From: Lingula anatina
Lineage: Eukaryota; Animalia; Brachiopoda
Direction: 5' to 3'
Length of the DNA: 64,000 nucleotides
NCBI GenBank assembly: GCA_051362555.1
Contig: CM120649.1
Coordinates: 14,136,001-14,200,000 of the forward strand
The notes beneath the pieces were generated by a model. It had not been told where the DNA came from. It saw only the letters and a program-made list of their open reading frames with translations, and made no database searches. A program made the position numbers and the translations under genes. Each line of letters starts with the position of its first letter. Within the stretch, counting starts at the first letter, position 1. Of the stretch, positions 51,140-63,100 are shown one piece after another.

Positions 51140-54100
51140 CATGTGAAAGTATTTTGATTAACTTTCACTGCATACGACTCTTAAAAAACAATTTGGCAGG
51201 CAGACGGTATAAAACATAATCCAAAAGGCGTACCTTCATTTGTACCTCTCCTCTGGCTTCCAGTGTGAAGCCACCTATCACTTCCAAAAGATTGGCCGTG
51301 GTGGGACTGACATGTATCCGTAACGCTAAGTGAAAGAATATAGAACATAGAATATAGAACATAGCATCAATACGGAAGCCAACTTAGGCTTCGTTCACAT
51401 GCAATGTCTATTTTCTAAATTCTATTTTCTATTCGCGCTATCTTATGATCACGGTCTGTGCACTGAATATCCCGCCGCGTAATTACTGGCAGCGCGAGCC
51501 AGTTACTTATCGTAACTTATAGTAACTGGCTCGCGCTGCCAGTAATTACGCCGCGGGATATTCAGTGCACAGACCGTGATCATAAGACATACCGAAAATA
51601 GAGAATAGAATTTAGAAAATAGACATTGCATGTGAACGAAGCCTTATACTAAACAAAGCAAATCGATTATAAGGTGATAAAGCAGTGTCCGCAAATGAAC
51701 GTCACAGGACCGAGTACAACACTTACCTAACCCGTTAGACTCCAAACGAGAGGCGGTGTTAACCGTGTCTCCAAATAAACAGTATCTCGGCATCTTTAAT
51801 CCCACCACGCCTGCCACTACGGGACCTACAAAAATGATTAACTCATAGTTTCTAAAATGTGTTAAAATGTTGTATCACATTTACATATTAACATGTATCT
51901 TCGTAATTTTCCTCGGTAGCTTATACTGTAACAAGGTTGGTTATGTCAAGATCATCTCTTCAATCACTCCACCAACACAAACCATTGCTGTAATGTATTA
52001 ACAGTAATGGTATAATAATAGTGAACACGCACTTTAAACATTTTTAGCGAAGATTTCAGTAAGATTATCATTATGAATTATACAACGATATTCAAAATGC
52101 TAATTATGCGTATATACTTGAGAGTTAATATCTTGTATATTTGAACATACCACTTATTAGTCAATGTACCTGTATGTATCCCTATTCGAACTTGTAACTG
52201 CTTCCCGGGCCTGTGCTTGATCTTGAAACCGGAGAGAGAACTGAGAATGTCCAGGGACATGGTGGCTATCTCCCCGGCATGCTGGTGCCCGTTACGATGA
52301 GGTAGCCCGCTAACGACCATGTAGGCGTCTCCTATCGTTTCTACCTGGAATTAATGGTGCAAGGAGGTTGTTAAATGCCAATATCAATAACATACACATT
52401 GATTTTGTTATTATTATATTATTACTGAACTAAATATAATGTTTTTTTTTTATTCCTGTATTATATTATTCCAAACAGCCTTCTGATGTATACCTTGAAT
52501 CAAGTATGTGTACATGGGACTATAAGTCATGTTCCCATATTGTTGATTTTAGTTCATCAGTGTTAAAGGTATGTTGATGTATTTTTACAATAAACATGAT
52601 ATTGTGGTGCCACCCTTCACAGGAATTATTCAATGTGGCAGCATAAACAATAGGCAGGGTTTTTTTCCTACCAACGCCTCTAGATTAACCCCTAAATGAG
52701 ATTACAGTGCTACCAGATCACCTTCTCAATGTAATTATGTAATAAATGTTAACGTAAGCCTAAATACTTAAAAGATATATTGTAACCCGGCTGGTTACTT
52801 AATCCTGAGCGGGTAGCAAACTTGAAAACACCGAAGACATCAATGGTAGCTCATGAAGATCTTTATTTGCTGACGGGCTACAATCTGGCACGCAGGCAGG
52901 GACAGTCACGACGATCTCCCGGGGTCTCTTTCCCACTAACTGAGAAGCCCTCATTTTATAGGGAATCGCTCTAAGTCCTGCGTGTCCAATCACTATCACT
53001 AAATGTGTGTAATTTATAGGAATAATAAGGGAACTAAAGGTAACATACGTGATTAATAGGAAGTATCAGAAAACTAAATACAGGGACTATATTACATTTC
53101 ATAGTAGCCCTGAACACGGATATGTTCTCCGGGTAGGAAGGTTACATAACGCTCGGACCTGGGAATGGCCTCAACTGAAATTTCCCCAGGTGTAGTGACT
53201 GTTTTTGGTGGAAGAGATCAAAAGAGCGAAATGACTATAATGAGGCCAAAGTATTTCTACAATTTTAGAGTCGGCACCGGGTTTCCATTTTCTGTCATCT
53301 GAAAGGGGTGTATCTTCAATTACTTAAATAAATTACTCTACTGAGATATTTGTTTCTAATTTTGGTTTCTCTTCCGTGATTGAAAATGTGATTTAAAGGC
53401 AGAGACAAATTGTATAACACTACCGTGTTATATGACCTTCCGTCCGCGAGAAGTTTGGCCTCCGGCCAAAACAAAAACACTAGAAAACACTTAAAAACTA
53501 TAAGTAAAGAAACACAACAAAAGTGGTTAAGTTGATAACAGTTGGAGATTCCTGGCGTGGACAAATGACCATCAAATAAAGAATCACGTTCAGGAGTGCG
53601 GCATCATAAAAGATAGTAATGGAAAATAGACGTGATTAAAAATAAGGACATCTCATATACATATTTATAGCTAAGTAAAGTCCATTAAACCAGTATACAT
53701 TAATATGCATTAATAAAGAGTGACACAATAAACACTAGAAATAAACATCAAGTAAGTTCATAACGAAAAATGCATTTAACCGGTAAAATACTATATCCAA
53801 AGAGTTAAGGAATAGGCATGAAATAAGGTTGTTATATGTCGCAGAATAAACTTTGCCCCTACAATAAATATGTCTTTGATATAGTACTAAATCATTAAAT
53901 TATTAAATTATTAATCATTAAAAAGCACGAAAAACGTGAAGACTGAAGGCAAGAAGTTACCTAAACAAGAATATCAAGTGCTTCAATCCGCAATTTATAT
54001 AGGAAATAGTTATACCCAATGACTTTAAAAGGGACAAAGAAAGTTGGGAGACTCTTTACGGTAAAATCAGGCATGGTTAATTCATACGTATGAGACCAAA

Positions 54101-57100
54101 ATTCAGCGGAAGGCAATATCTTCCCTATAGGTGTAAATACATATGGTACCGTAATTAACGCGGTGGATAACTTTATCTTCATGGTATAACGCTTTCGTAA
54201 CGGGTATCATCATCATCAACAAGCTGACTATGCAAATCTTCGGCAGTAACTTAAACCTAGACAGAGGTTTCGATGGTACATACTGTGAGGTGACTCTCAT
54301 GCGTGCATCAGTTTCATCTTTTGAAGAGATAAGTGCGTGTTAGTAGAAAGTAGAGTAGCCGGCTCAGATGAAACGGATGACGCTAGGAATCCCTCATGTG
54401 GGCCCACTAGTATGTAAATCATCTAATTTCGAATTTGGTACTGATAATTACTATGAACATGTGTGCGTGTCACCGAACGCACGGAGAATCTCGAGCGCCC
54501 GAACTGTTATCTTCATGTCGCAAATACGTGTTTAAGGTGCATGAGCGCGAAACTGTAACATTAATCTTTGAAGTACTTGTCTAATCAAACTTTATCGCAA
54601 TTTTCATAAGAATACATAGCATGTGGAATAGATGCTAAAGGGACGGCAATTGTTTCTTAATCACTGCTATAATAAGTTCGTGACGTACCGCTGATTACCG
54701 TATGACCAGGAAAATCAGTAGGGGTAGAATAAACCATGATATAACAGGTTTAAAATATCACATTGAAATAGCTGGGACCGTTAAACTCGAAATAGGTCTA
54801 CGTAGAATAATAACCATGCCTAATGAAGGGACTTATCTTTTGCGACTTTTCCCACTGAGGGTTTTATGGATATGGAATTCTCTGATCAAGGAAGGCGCAA
54901 CGTTAAAGTGGGGCTCCCAAGTTGGGGTATATCCTTTCCACTTCACTAAGTAATGTTTGACGCCGCGTATGTTTTTACACTTCAGTAGCTTTTCAACATC
55001 GAACCATTCATCGGGCACTGGGGGTGGCTCATCAGCCGGTGGTGCCGGGGCAGGGTCAGCCTGATTGGGAATGGGTAACGGCTGCTGTGGTCTCAAGGGG
55101 CGATCTTGTGGATCTTTGTACAATTTCAACCGATTGGCATGAATGGGTGACGGGTGCGCTTTGTTATTTTTGCAGTCACGCAACAAAAATGTATAACTAG
55201 ACACTCTGTCTGTTATGTAGTAAGGTCCAACAAATTTTGAAGTCAATTTGGGGCTCTTTCCCGGTTTGACACGTGACCACTTCAACAATACTCTGTCACC
55301 TATATGGAAAGGGGGCGGATTTGCTGTGCGGTCAAAATTACGCGTGTATTTTCCTTGTGCGCGTAATCTATTGTCGTGGGCTATCTTTCGTGCTGTTTCC
55401 AAATTTCTTTGAATATTGTCAATGTAATCTTCTACGGAGGAAGGCAAGTGATCCGGGGGTTTCAGAATGGACTCAAGGGGGGTGTTCATTTCTCTCCCAA
55501 ACATTAAATGAAAAGGGGAAAACTCGGTCGATTCTGTAGCTGGCGTTGCTCTGAGAGCCATCATAACTCCTGGAAGAATGGAAGGCCAGTTATCCTGGGC
55601 TTCATTGCAATAAATTCTAAGGGATTGCGCAATGGATTGATTGTTTCTTTCAACGACTGCGTTTGAGGCCGGGTGATAGGCTGAGGTTAGTGAACGTTTG
55701 ACATGAAACAGGTCACTCAATGTCTGGATCAACAGGGACGTAAAATTCCGACCTCTATCGGACACAATCACTCGGGGCGCTCCAAAACGACAAAAGATTT
55801 CAGAGTACAAAACGTGAGCTATTTCCTCAGCAGTTTGAGTTCTGAGAGGGAACGCTTCTGGCCAAGCTGAGAAAGAACAGACCACTAAAAGAATATACTT
55901 GTAACCTTCTGTCGATTTAGGTAAGGGACCCAGTATGTCCATATGTAGTCTGTCCCACACACCTACAATGGGAAGGGGTTGTAACGGAGCAGGCCGTTGA
56001 CCGTGATGACGTTTCGCCTTTTGACAGGGTTCACATGTTTTGACATATTGCATAATTTCAGAGTACATGCGAGGCCAGTAGAATCTGTGCCTGATCAACT
56101 CATAACTCCTATCAAAGGCAAAATGAGCACCTGCTGCTAAGCTATCATGATATGCGTGTAAAACATCATCCCTGTAAGGTGTAGGCACCGCTAATTGGCG
56201 TATAATTTTCTTGTCTGCCAAACTAGCGTTCTTTGATCGAGGTTGATAAATATGGAACAGGAGATCACCATCCATTATGTACTGGTCAGACTCATAGACC
56301 GTTTTCCTCGCCAATTTGGGATCGCTAGGTAGCGTGTCTGTCTCAAGGTAACTGATTATGTGTTGAAAATCAGCGCATTGTCTTTGAGCAAGGGCTAATT
56401 GAGATAAACTATCTTTGTCTGAGTGACTAATAGCGGAGAAAACATCAGGTTGTGTTTCACTAATGATCTCAGTAAGGATATGAACAGTAGATGACGGAAT
56501 TGGAGGTTGCTCAACTATGGTGCGCACGGGCGCCTCGTTTTCATCTTTGGCTTTCCCTAGCAACGGGGAATCATCATCGGTGACTTTGGGGACTGGGGCA
56601 TCATAATCTCGGCGGGACAAAGCGTCAGCGGGATTTTTGTCACCAGGGCGATGATGAATTGTGTAATCATACTCTTGTAAAGCTAAGGCCCATCTAATCA
56701 AACGAGGGGTAGTATGCTTAACTTGTTTCAGCCATTTCAAAGCCTGATGATCTGTGTAAATGACGAATGGCTGATTCAGTAGATACGTTTGATACGTTCT
56801 CACTCCTTCAAGCACAGCTAAGCATTCAAGTTGCGTAATTGGGTACAGTTTCTCAGCTGGAGTTAATGAGCGGCCACCATAGCATATGACCGTTTCCCTT
56901 CCTGAATCATCTAATTGCCCTAATATGTAACCAAGAGCGTGACCTGACGCATCAGTCGTTAGGATGAAAGGTTTGGACATGTCGGGGAACTTCAGAATAG
57001 GCGGGTTAATAAGCCTATGCTTGAGTGTGGTGAATGCTGTTTCACACTCCTCTGACCATTGAAATTTCACATCTTTTTGCAACAATGCATTGAGAGGTTT

Positions 57101-60100
57101 TGCAATAGTGCTGAAGCCTTTGATAAATCGTCTGTACCAATTACAGAGACCAAGAAAACTACGCACTTGCTTGACATTTTTGGGTTGTGGGAAAGTTTTC
57201 ACAGCTTCCGTTTTGGAGGGGTCAACTTCAATTCCTTGTTTTGAAACGTAATGACCGAGATAAAGTACTTTAGGCATGGCAAATGTGCATTTGGATGGTT
57301 TTAATTTGAGATTCGCCTGACGAAGAATATGGAAGACTTCTTGGAGGTGCAAAAGGTGTTCCTCGAATGTTTTTGAGTATGAAAGGATGTCATCGATGTA
57401 AATGATGACTGATTTCCAATTTAGGTGCCGAAATAAGTTGCTCAAAAGGTACTGATACGAAGAAGGAGCATTTTTCAAACCAAACGCCATACGTTTGAAC
57501 TGATATTGACCACTATGCGTAACAAAAGCTGATTTTTCCTTTGAATCGTCAGACAAACCTACCGTCCAAAAAGCTGTATTGATGTCCATAAGGGAAAAGT
57601 AGGTAGCTTTGGAGTCGGCAACAGAGTCAAAAATGTCCTCTAAACGAGGGAGGGGGAAGCTGATTGTTTTGGTAACGGCATTCAATTTCCGATAATCAAT
57701 AGCAAATCGAAAATCACCCTGTTTCTTTTTCACTAGGACCACGGGGCTACTCCAAGGTGAAGTAGATGGTTCTATGATATCGTGCCGTAGCATCTTATCT
57801 ATCTGACGATCAATCTCTGCTTTGGCTTGAGGACTGGCCCTATAAAATCGTTGCGCAATCGGAGGATGCCCATCTGTTTCAATAGTATGTTTGTAGAGGG
57901 GAACGTGACCAATTTCAGATAAATCTGAGGCAAAAATGTCTTTGTTGCTACCAATAAGACATAACAGTTGATTCTGCTGATTTTGAGAAAGATGAGTGAG
58001 ATCAAAGGGAATGCCGAGAGAGAGAGCCGCTTGCTTGTTTTGAGGGGAAGCAGGAGGGATTGGAGGGGCGGGGCTGGAAGTGAAATCAATTTGATTTACC
58101 ATAGATGAATCAATACGGGACGCTTTGGCCAAAATAGTATTGCGACGTATTGTGATAGCATTAGGAGTCACATTTGCCATACGGTAAAAGCAATATCGCG
58201 TTGACAAAGCATTCACTGAAGATGCGCCTAATAACGTAGAAACAATGTTGGTCGGTTCCAATAAAACAAGAGTTGACACTTGGGATTTTAGGTGAACGCG
58301 AGAGACATGCACACGTACTAATTGTTCCGTGTGGGGCGCAATGGTGACAGTGGATGTATTGCGTGCGAGGCCCAATTGGTCAGAAACGGTAAAGGGGACT
58401 GTAATGTCGGGGTTACGCAAGATCAATTCCTGGGTGGACAAATTGAGAGTGGCTCCATGATTATGGAGGAAATCAAGGCCCAAAATAGCAGGACGAGTGA
58501 GTTTTGGTATAACTTGAAAATTGTGAGTAAATTTTGCTTTGCCAATGTAAAATTGGACACGTAACACACCTAAAATATTTTGGGATACACCACCTACGCC
58601 TATAATCGTTTTCAAATGAGAAGGCGGAGCTAACTGAGATAGTGAAATACCCATTTTATGCAAAACGTCTTTTGATATACATGAAACAGAAGCACCTGTA
58701 TCTACCAATGTGTCTATTCTACAGTTTTGTGCCGAAATAAAAATAGAATTTTGTTTAACAGAATTTGACAGTGTACCGACAGCCTTTTCGTTTTTTCGTG
58801 CTTTTAACCGTCATTGGCGCCTACCAGAACGGCAGACCCTAGCTAAATGACCAATTCTACCGCAATTTCTACACGTTAAATGAGAAGCGGGGCAAAATTT
58901 ACGTAAATGCGACATACCACAGCCGTTACAGCTTGGTGTCTCTTGATTCATGGCAAATTGTCTGTTTCCTCTGCGATTCAGCTGTCTGGCTCCAGCACGT
59001 CCCTGGAATCGAGGGGGTGGAGGTCCATTGTGAGAGCGGCGTGGTTGCTGGAATTGCCCGTGTGGAATGTACTCAGGGTACGCATTCTGAAAATGAGTAG
59101 AGGGGGGTTGGCGCTGAAAATTGGGGTTCTGGGGATATGTCGCCGTAGGCTGCACAGGATTTACTGTGGCCGGTGTCGGGGGAGAAGTTGACAGTTGTGA
59201 AATCTTTTCCTTGATTTCGGACAATTGCGTGCTTAGGGCCGTTAACGTGGCAGATGGCGACGATGAAGGTTGAATGGCTGTTTCCGCCTGGCGTGCGCGT
59301 GCGATGAGTTCTTCGAAGGTATGGGGCTCATGTTGCGCTACAAACGGTCGTACTTCAGGTAGCAGACCGTGTAAAATGGCTTGAATTGCTTGTTCTTCTG
59401 GCAGTTGAACTCTAGCCGCCTCTCGTCGCATTTCTGCAATATAGTCCTGGACTGGTTGGGACGGAGATTGAGTTTTGTGGAAAAGATTGGACACTGCCAC
59501 CCATTTTGCGCTTTCAGTTGGCCGAAAGCGACGGGTGAAGGCCAATTCAATTGTTGTCATGTCACGGCGGTGCTCTTCTGGTAATGTATCATACCAATCA
59601 AGGGCGGCCCCACGCAACAGTAGAGGGAAGGCCGAACGTTGTTGTTCGTCTGACAACCCTCTGTATGCTGCGTAATTTTTAAAATGGGCTAGCCAACGAT
59701 TGTAATCTTCGTGCGTTGAACCTGTGAATTTCTCAGGCATCAAGTGCGAATCGGCCGTCATATTATCAGCGTGGGCAGGCGGTGGGGGACGTGGGGGGAA
59801 TTGGTGAATTTCTGGCAGAATCTGCGGGCGTGGAGCTCTCAGTGTCGGAAACGCTGCTCTCTAAAGGCTGAATAACAGTGGGGTCGGTGATATCGTTGAG
59901 TTGCGATAATGCTGGTGAAGCGGAGCGGGAAGAAGTCGGTGAGGTGTGTGCCGACGGAGGAGACGTTGGCTCTTTAACGGGAATCGACGTACGTGACTCA
60001 CCTGCCTTTTTGTGCCTGGTATTTGCTAACGGCGTCGACCAATAGTTTTCTGGCCTGGAAAACATGCGGGGACGTTGCTGTTGGCTCAGCTGCGGGAGAA

Positions 60101-63100
60101 GGAATCAACCGTGTTCTCCACCACCTTGTAACCCGGCTGGTTACTTAATCCTGAGCGGGTAGCAAACTTGAAAACACCGAAGACATCAATGGTAGCTCAT
60201 GAAGATCTTTATTTGCTGACGGGCTACAATCTGGCACGCAGGCAGGGACAGTCACGACGATCTCCCGGGGTCTCTTTCCCACTAACTGAGAAGCCCTCAT
60301 TTTATAGGGAATCGCTCTAAGTCCTGCGTGTCCAATCACTATCACTAAATGTGTGTAATTTATAGGAATAATAAGGGAACTAAAGGTAACATACGTGATT
60401 AATAGGAAGTATCAGAAAACTAAATACAGGGACTATATTACATTTCATAGTAGCCCTGAACACGGATATGTTCTCCGGGTAGGAAGGTTACATAACGCTC
60501 GGACCTGGGAATGGCCTCAACTGAAATTTCCCCAGGTGTAGTGACTGTTTTTGGTGGAAGAGATCAAAAGAGCGAAATGACTATAATGAGGCCAAAGTAT
60601 TTCTACAATTTTAGAGTCGGCACCGGGTTTCCATTTTCTGTCATCTGAAAGGGGTGTATCTTCAATTACTTAAATAAATTACTCTACTGAGATATTTGTT
60701 TCTAATTTTGGTTTCTCTTCCGTGATTGAAAATGTGATTTAAAGGCAGAGACAAATTGTATAACACTACCGTGTTATAATATTAATGGTATGTATAGAAT
60801 CTTTACTGCGATTATTCACCTAATGGTTAGTTATCACACGTCAATTTACCTTATAGACGTCGTAGTTGTCTATCACGGCATCGAAACAGGTGTACAGGTC
60901 GTTCAGTAACATCACAACCTAATATAAAACGAAATAATGGTCTTAATATAGACTTTTGAATACTACATCTTGCACATATGTGTTATATCGTATTAATTGT
61001 TGCAACACCGGCAAAAATGATCAAATTATACCGTATTAGCACACGATGATACATAAAGCAACAAATAATAATAAAAATGTAATATTATACATAATATGTT
61101 ATCCCTATTATTTTGAACCAATATGTACAAACTTCGCCTCTGACGTAATGTTGTGGAACATGGCGTCACGTACATTACTGCGACGTGACTTTACCTCAAG
61201 TGGAGTACTCTCTGAGGCCAACTTCGTAAACCCGACAATATCCGAGAAGTAGACTGTTACTTCCTGGAAGGCCACGGGATGGACTGGCTTGCCAAGCTTG
61301 AGTTCTTCTGCTACTGATCTAGAAAAAAGAAATAGGAAACATCACGCAAGCACGAAACAATTCCTTGAGCATTTAATGTAGATTCCTTCGCTTCTTTTCT
61401 ATCGATTTTCATGTTTGTTGCGTTTTGTTTTGTAAGCTGGTATAACAGACACGACTTTTAATTCAGAAATAATTATCGGAGATGTCACTTAAAAATAAAC
61501 CTTATTTTAAATTACGTATATTCACTGTAAAAAAACGTAATAAGAAATACCTAGGTAACATTTGATAGAGCAAGGCGTCAGTTTTCTTCTTCTCGTCCAC
61601 GAGTTGCTGTGTTCTTTGTTGCACGACGATTTCGAGATCGTTGGCGTATTGTTCCATTAACTCCAGCATATTGTCAATGAAATGCAATGACCTGGAACGA
61701 AAAAAAAAGTGTTTGTGCGTGCATCACTTATATAAGTACTAATTATTCTACAGAATGAAAAGAATGCCACGCCCTTTAAATACATATCTGACTCTAACAG
61801 CTCACAAATATCGGATATTTTAGAGAACGAGTATGTAACCCATTAGGGACGACAAACGAGGCACGCTGAGAAGTGAGTGACGCAAGTTTACTTCTTGCCA
61901 GAAAGAATTTCGTCATTTGGATTGCTTTCTTTCTGAGGAGCTTTGTTTAGGGGGAAATAATTTCAGAAATATTACTACCACTTCTACTGCTAATACTGCT
62001 ACTACTAATAATAATAAGATGAGATAAAGAAGAATAATGCGAGAAAGAAACAAATGTGATCACTGCAGAGAATGAATGTAAGCATTTCATGTATCGTATC
62101 CGTATCTCATGCAAAAGAACAGTTAAGTCCAAGTTGACCTTCCCATCTAAATTGTTCACGCTACCGCCTAGTTTAAGCGTACCTCCCTCCGTTGGCTTCT
62201 TTGAGCTTTTTCAGGATTTCCTCGGCACTGGGTCTGGAAGCAGGTCCTTCCTGCCAGCAGAGATTCATCAGAGAATACATAGCTGCAGAACATGACTCCT
62301 GAGGAACTTTGGGACGGTACACTGGACGGATGCCCTCCTTGACAAGTGTTACTATGCCTGAAAGAGCAAGTTTTTGCACTGAGTGATTTTAATCATTTCA
62401 AGTGTTCATTCATATATGAATAAAGCAATTTTTCTTCAGTCAACGACTGAATATTGAAATAATTTACATATCCAATATTTCCATGCGTAACAGAGCATTT
62501 TCATCAGGGAATGAGGCTACTTAGGTAAAAAAAAACTCTATCCAAGAGATACTTATTAAGAATTTGATTAAGGGAAAATAATGCTTTATTCTTATAACAT
62601 AACACAGCTGATGAAATTCTTCTCTGACTTCCATTCATATATAATTATACATAAGTTATGTTAATCTTGGTGTTTAGGGGTAAAACCTACAGTAGTTAAT
62701 ACGCATGGTAGACCAGCTTTCTTACACATATTAGATGGTGGTAGGAAACCTAGTTACTAATTGAAATGACGTACATGCACATGCATCTTCACTTTACCAG
62801 GTGGGACCATCACTCTAAGTGCATTAAAACATTAAAATGTACAATCAAAATGTATCAACCAAATCAGTCCACGCTAATTTTGTAGGTTTTGCCGTGCTTA
62901 TAAAGTAGACAAGATTGAGTTTAGAAAAAGTGAACCTTTTGTACCTTCCTTTCTACCTAAGTTGTACTTACCTCTTGGTTCTAAGTCGCTCTCCGTACAA
63001 TATGGCCCCCCTCGTAGGACGATCTCCTGTAGTATGATGCCAAAGGAGTACACGTCGCCTTTCTGGGTACCGCAACATTCAGGACTGGTATTGCGCAAGA

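Larger units (their letters stand above)
21465..51924 (+). repeat. Tandem segmental duplication: unit A about 21465-38463, unit B about 38464-51924
   Basis: Colinear homology of intergenic DNA, the S8 gene and the guanylyl cyclase 3' end. At about 38463, sequence matching 51827-51924 switches to sequence matching 21466 onward. Confidence 0.9.
52781..60778 (-). mobile_element. Full-length Ty3/Gypsy LTR retroelement with chromodomain integrase and env-like remnant
   Basis: 652-bp LTRs 60127-60778 (5') and 52781-53432 (3') with no difference found by eye, and 4-bp TSD ATAT. PBS TGGTGGAGAAC (tRNA-Ala-like) at 60123-60113. TATAAAA and AATAAA lie in the LTR on the minus strand. Confidence 0.96.
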
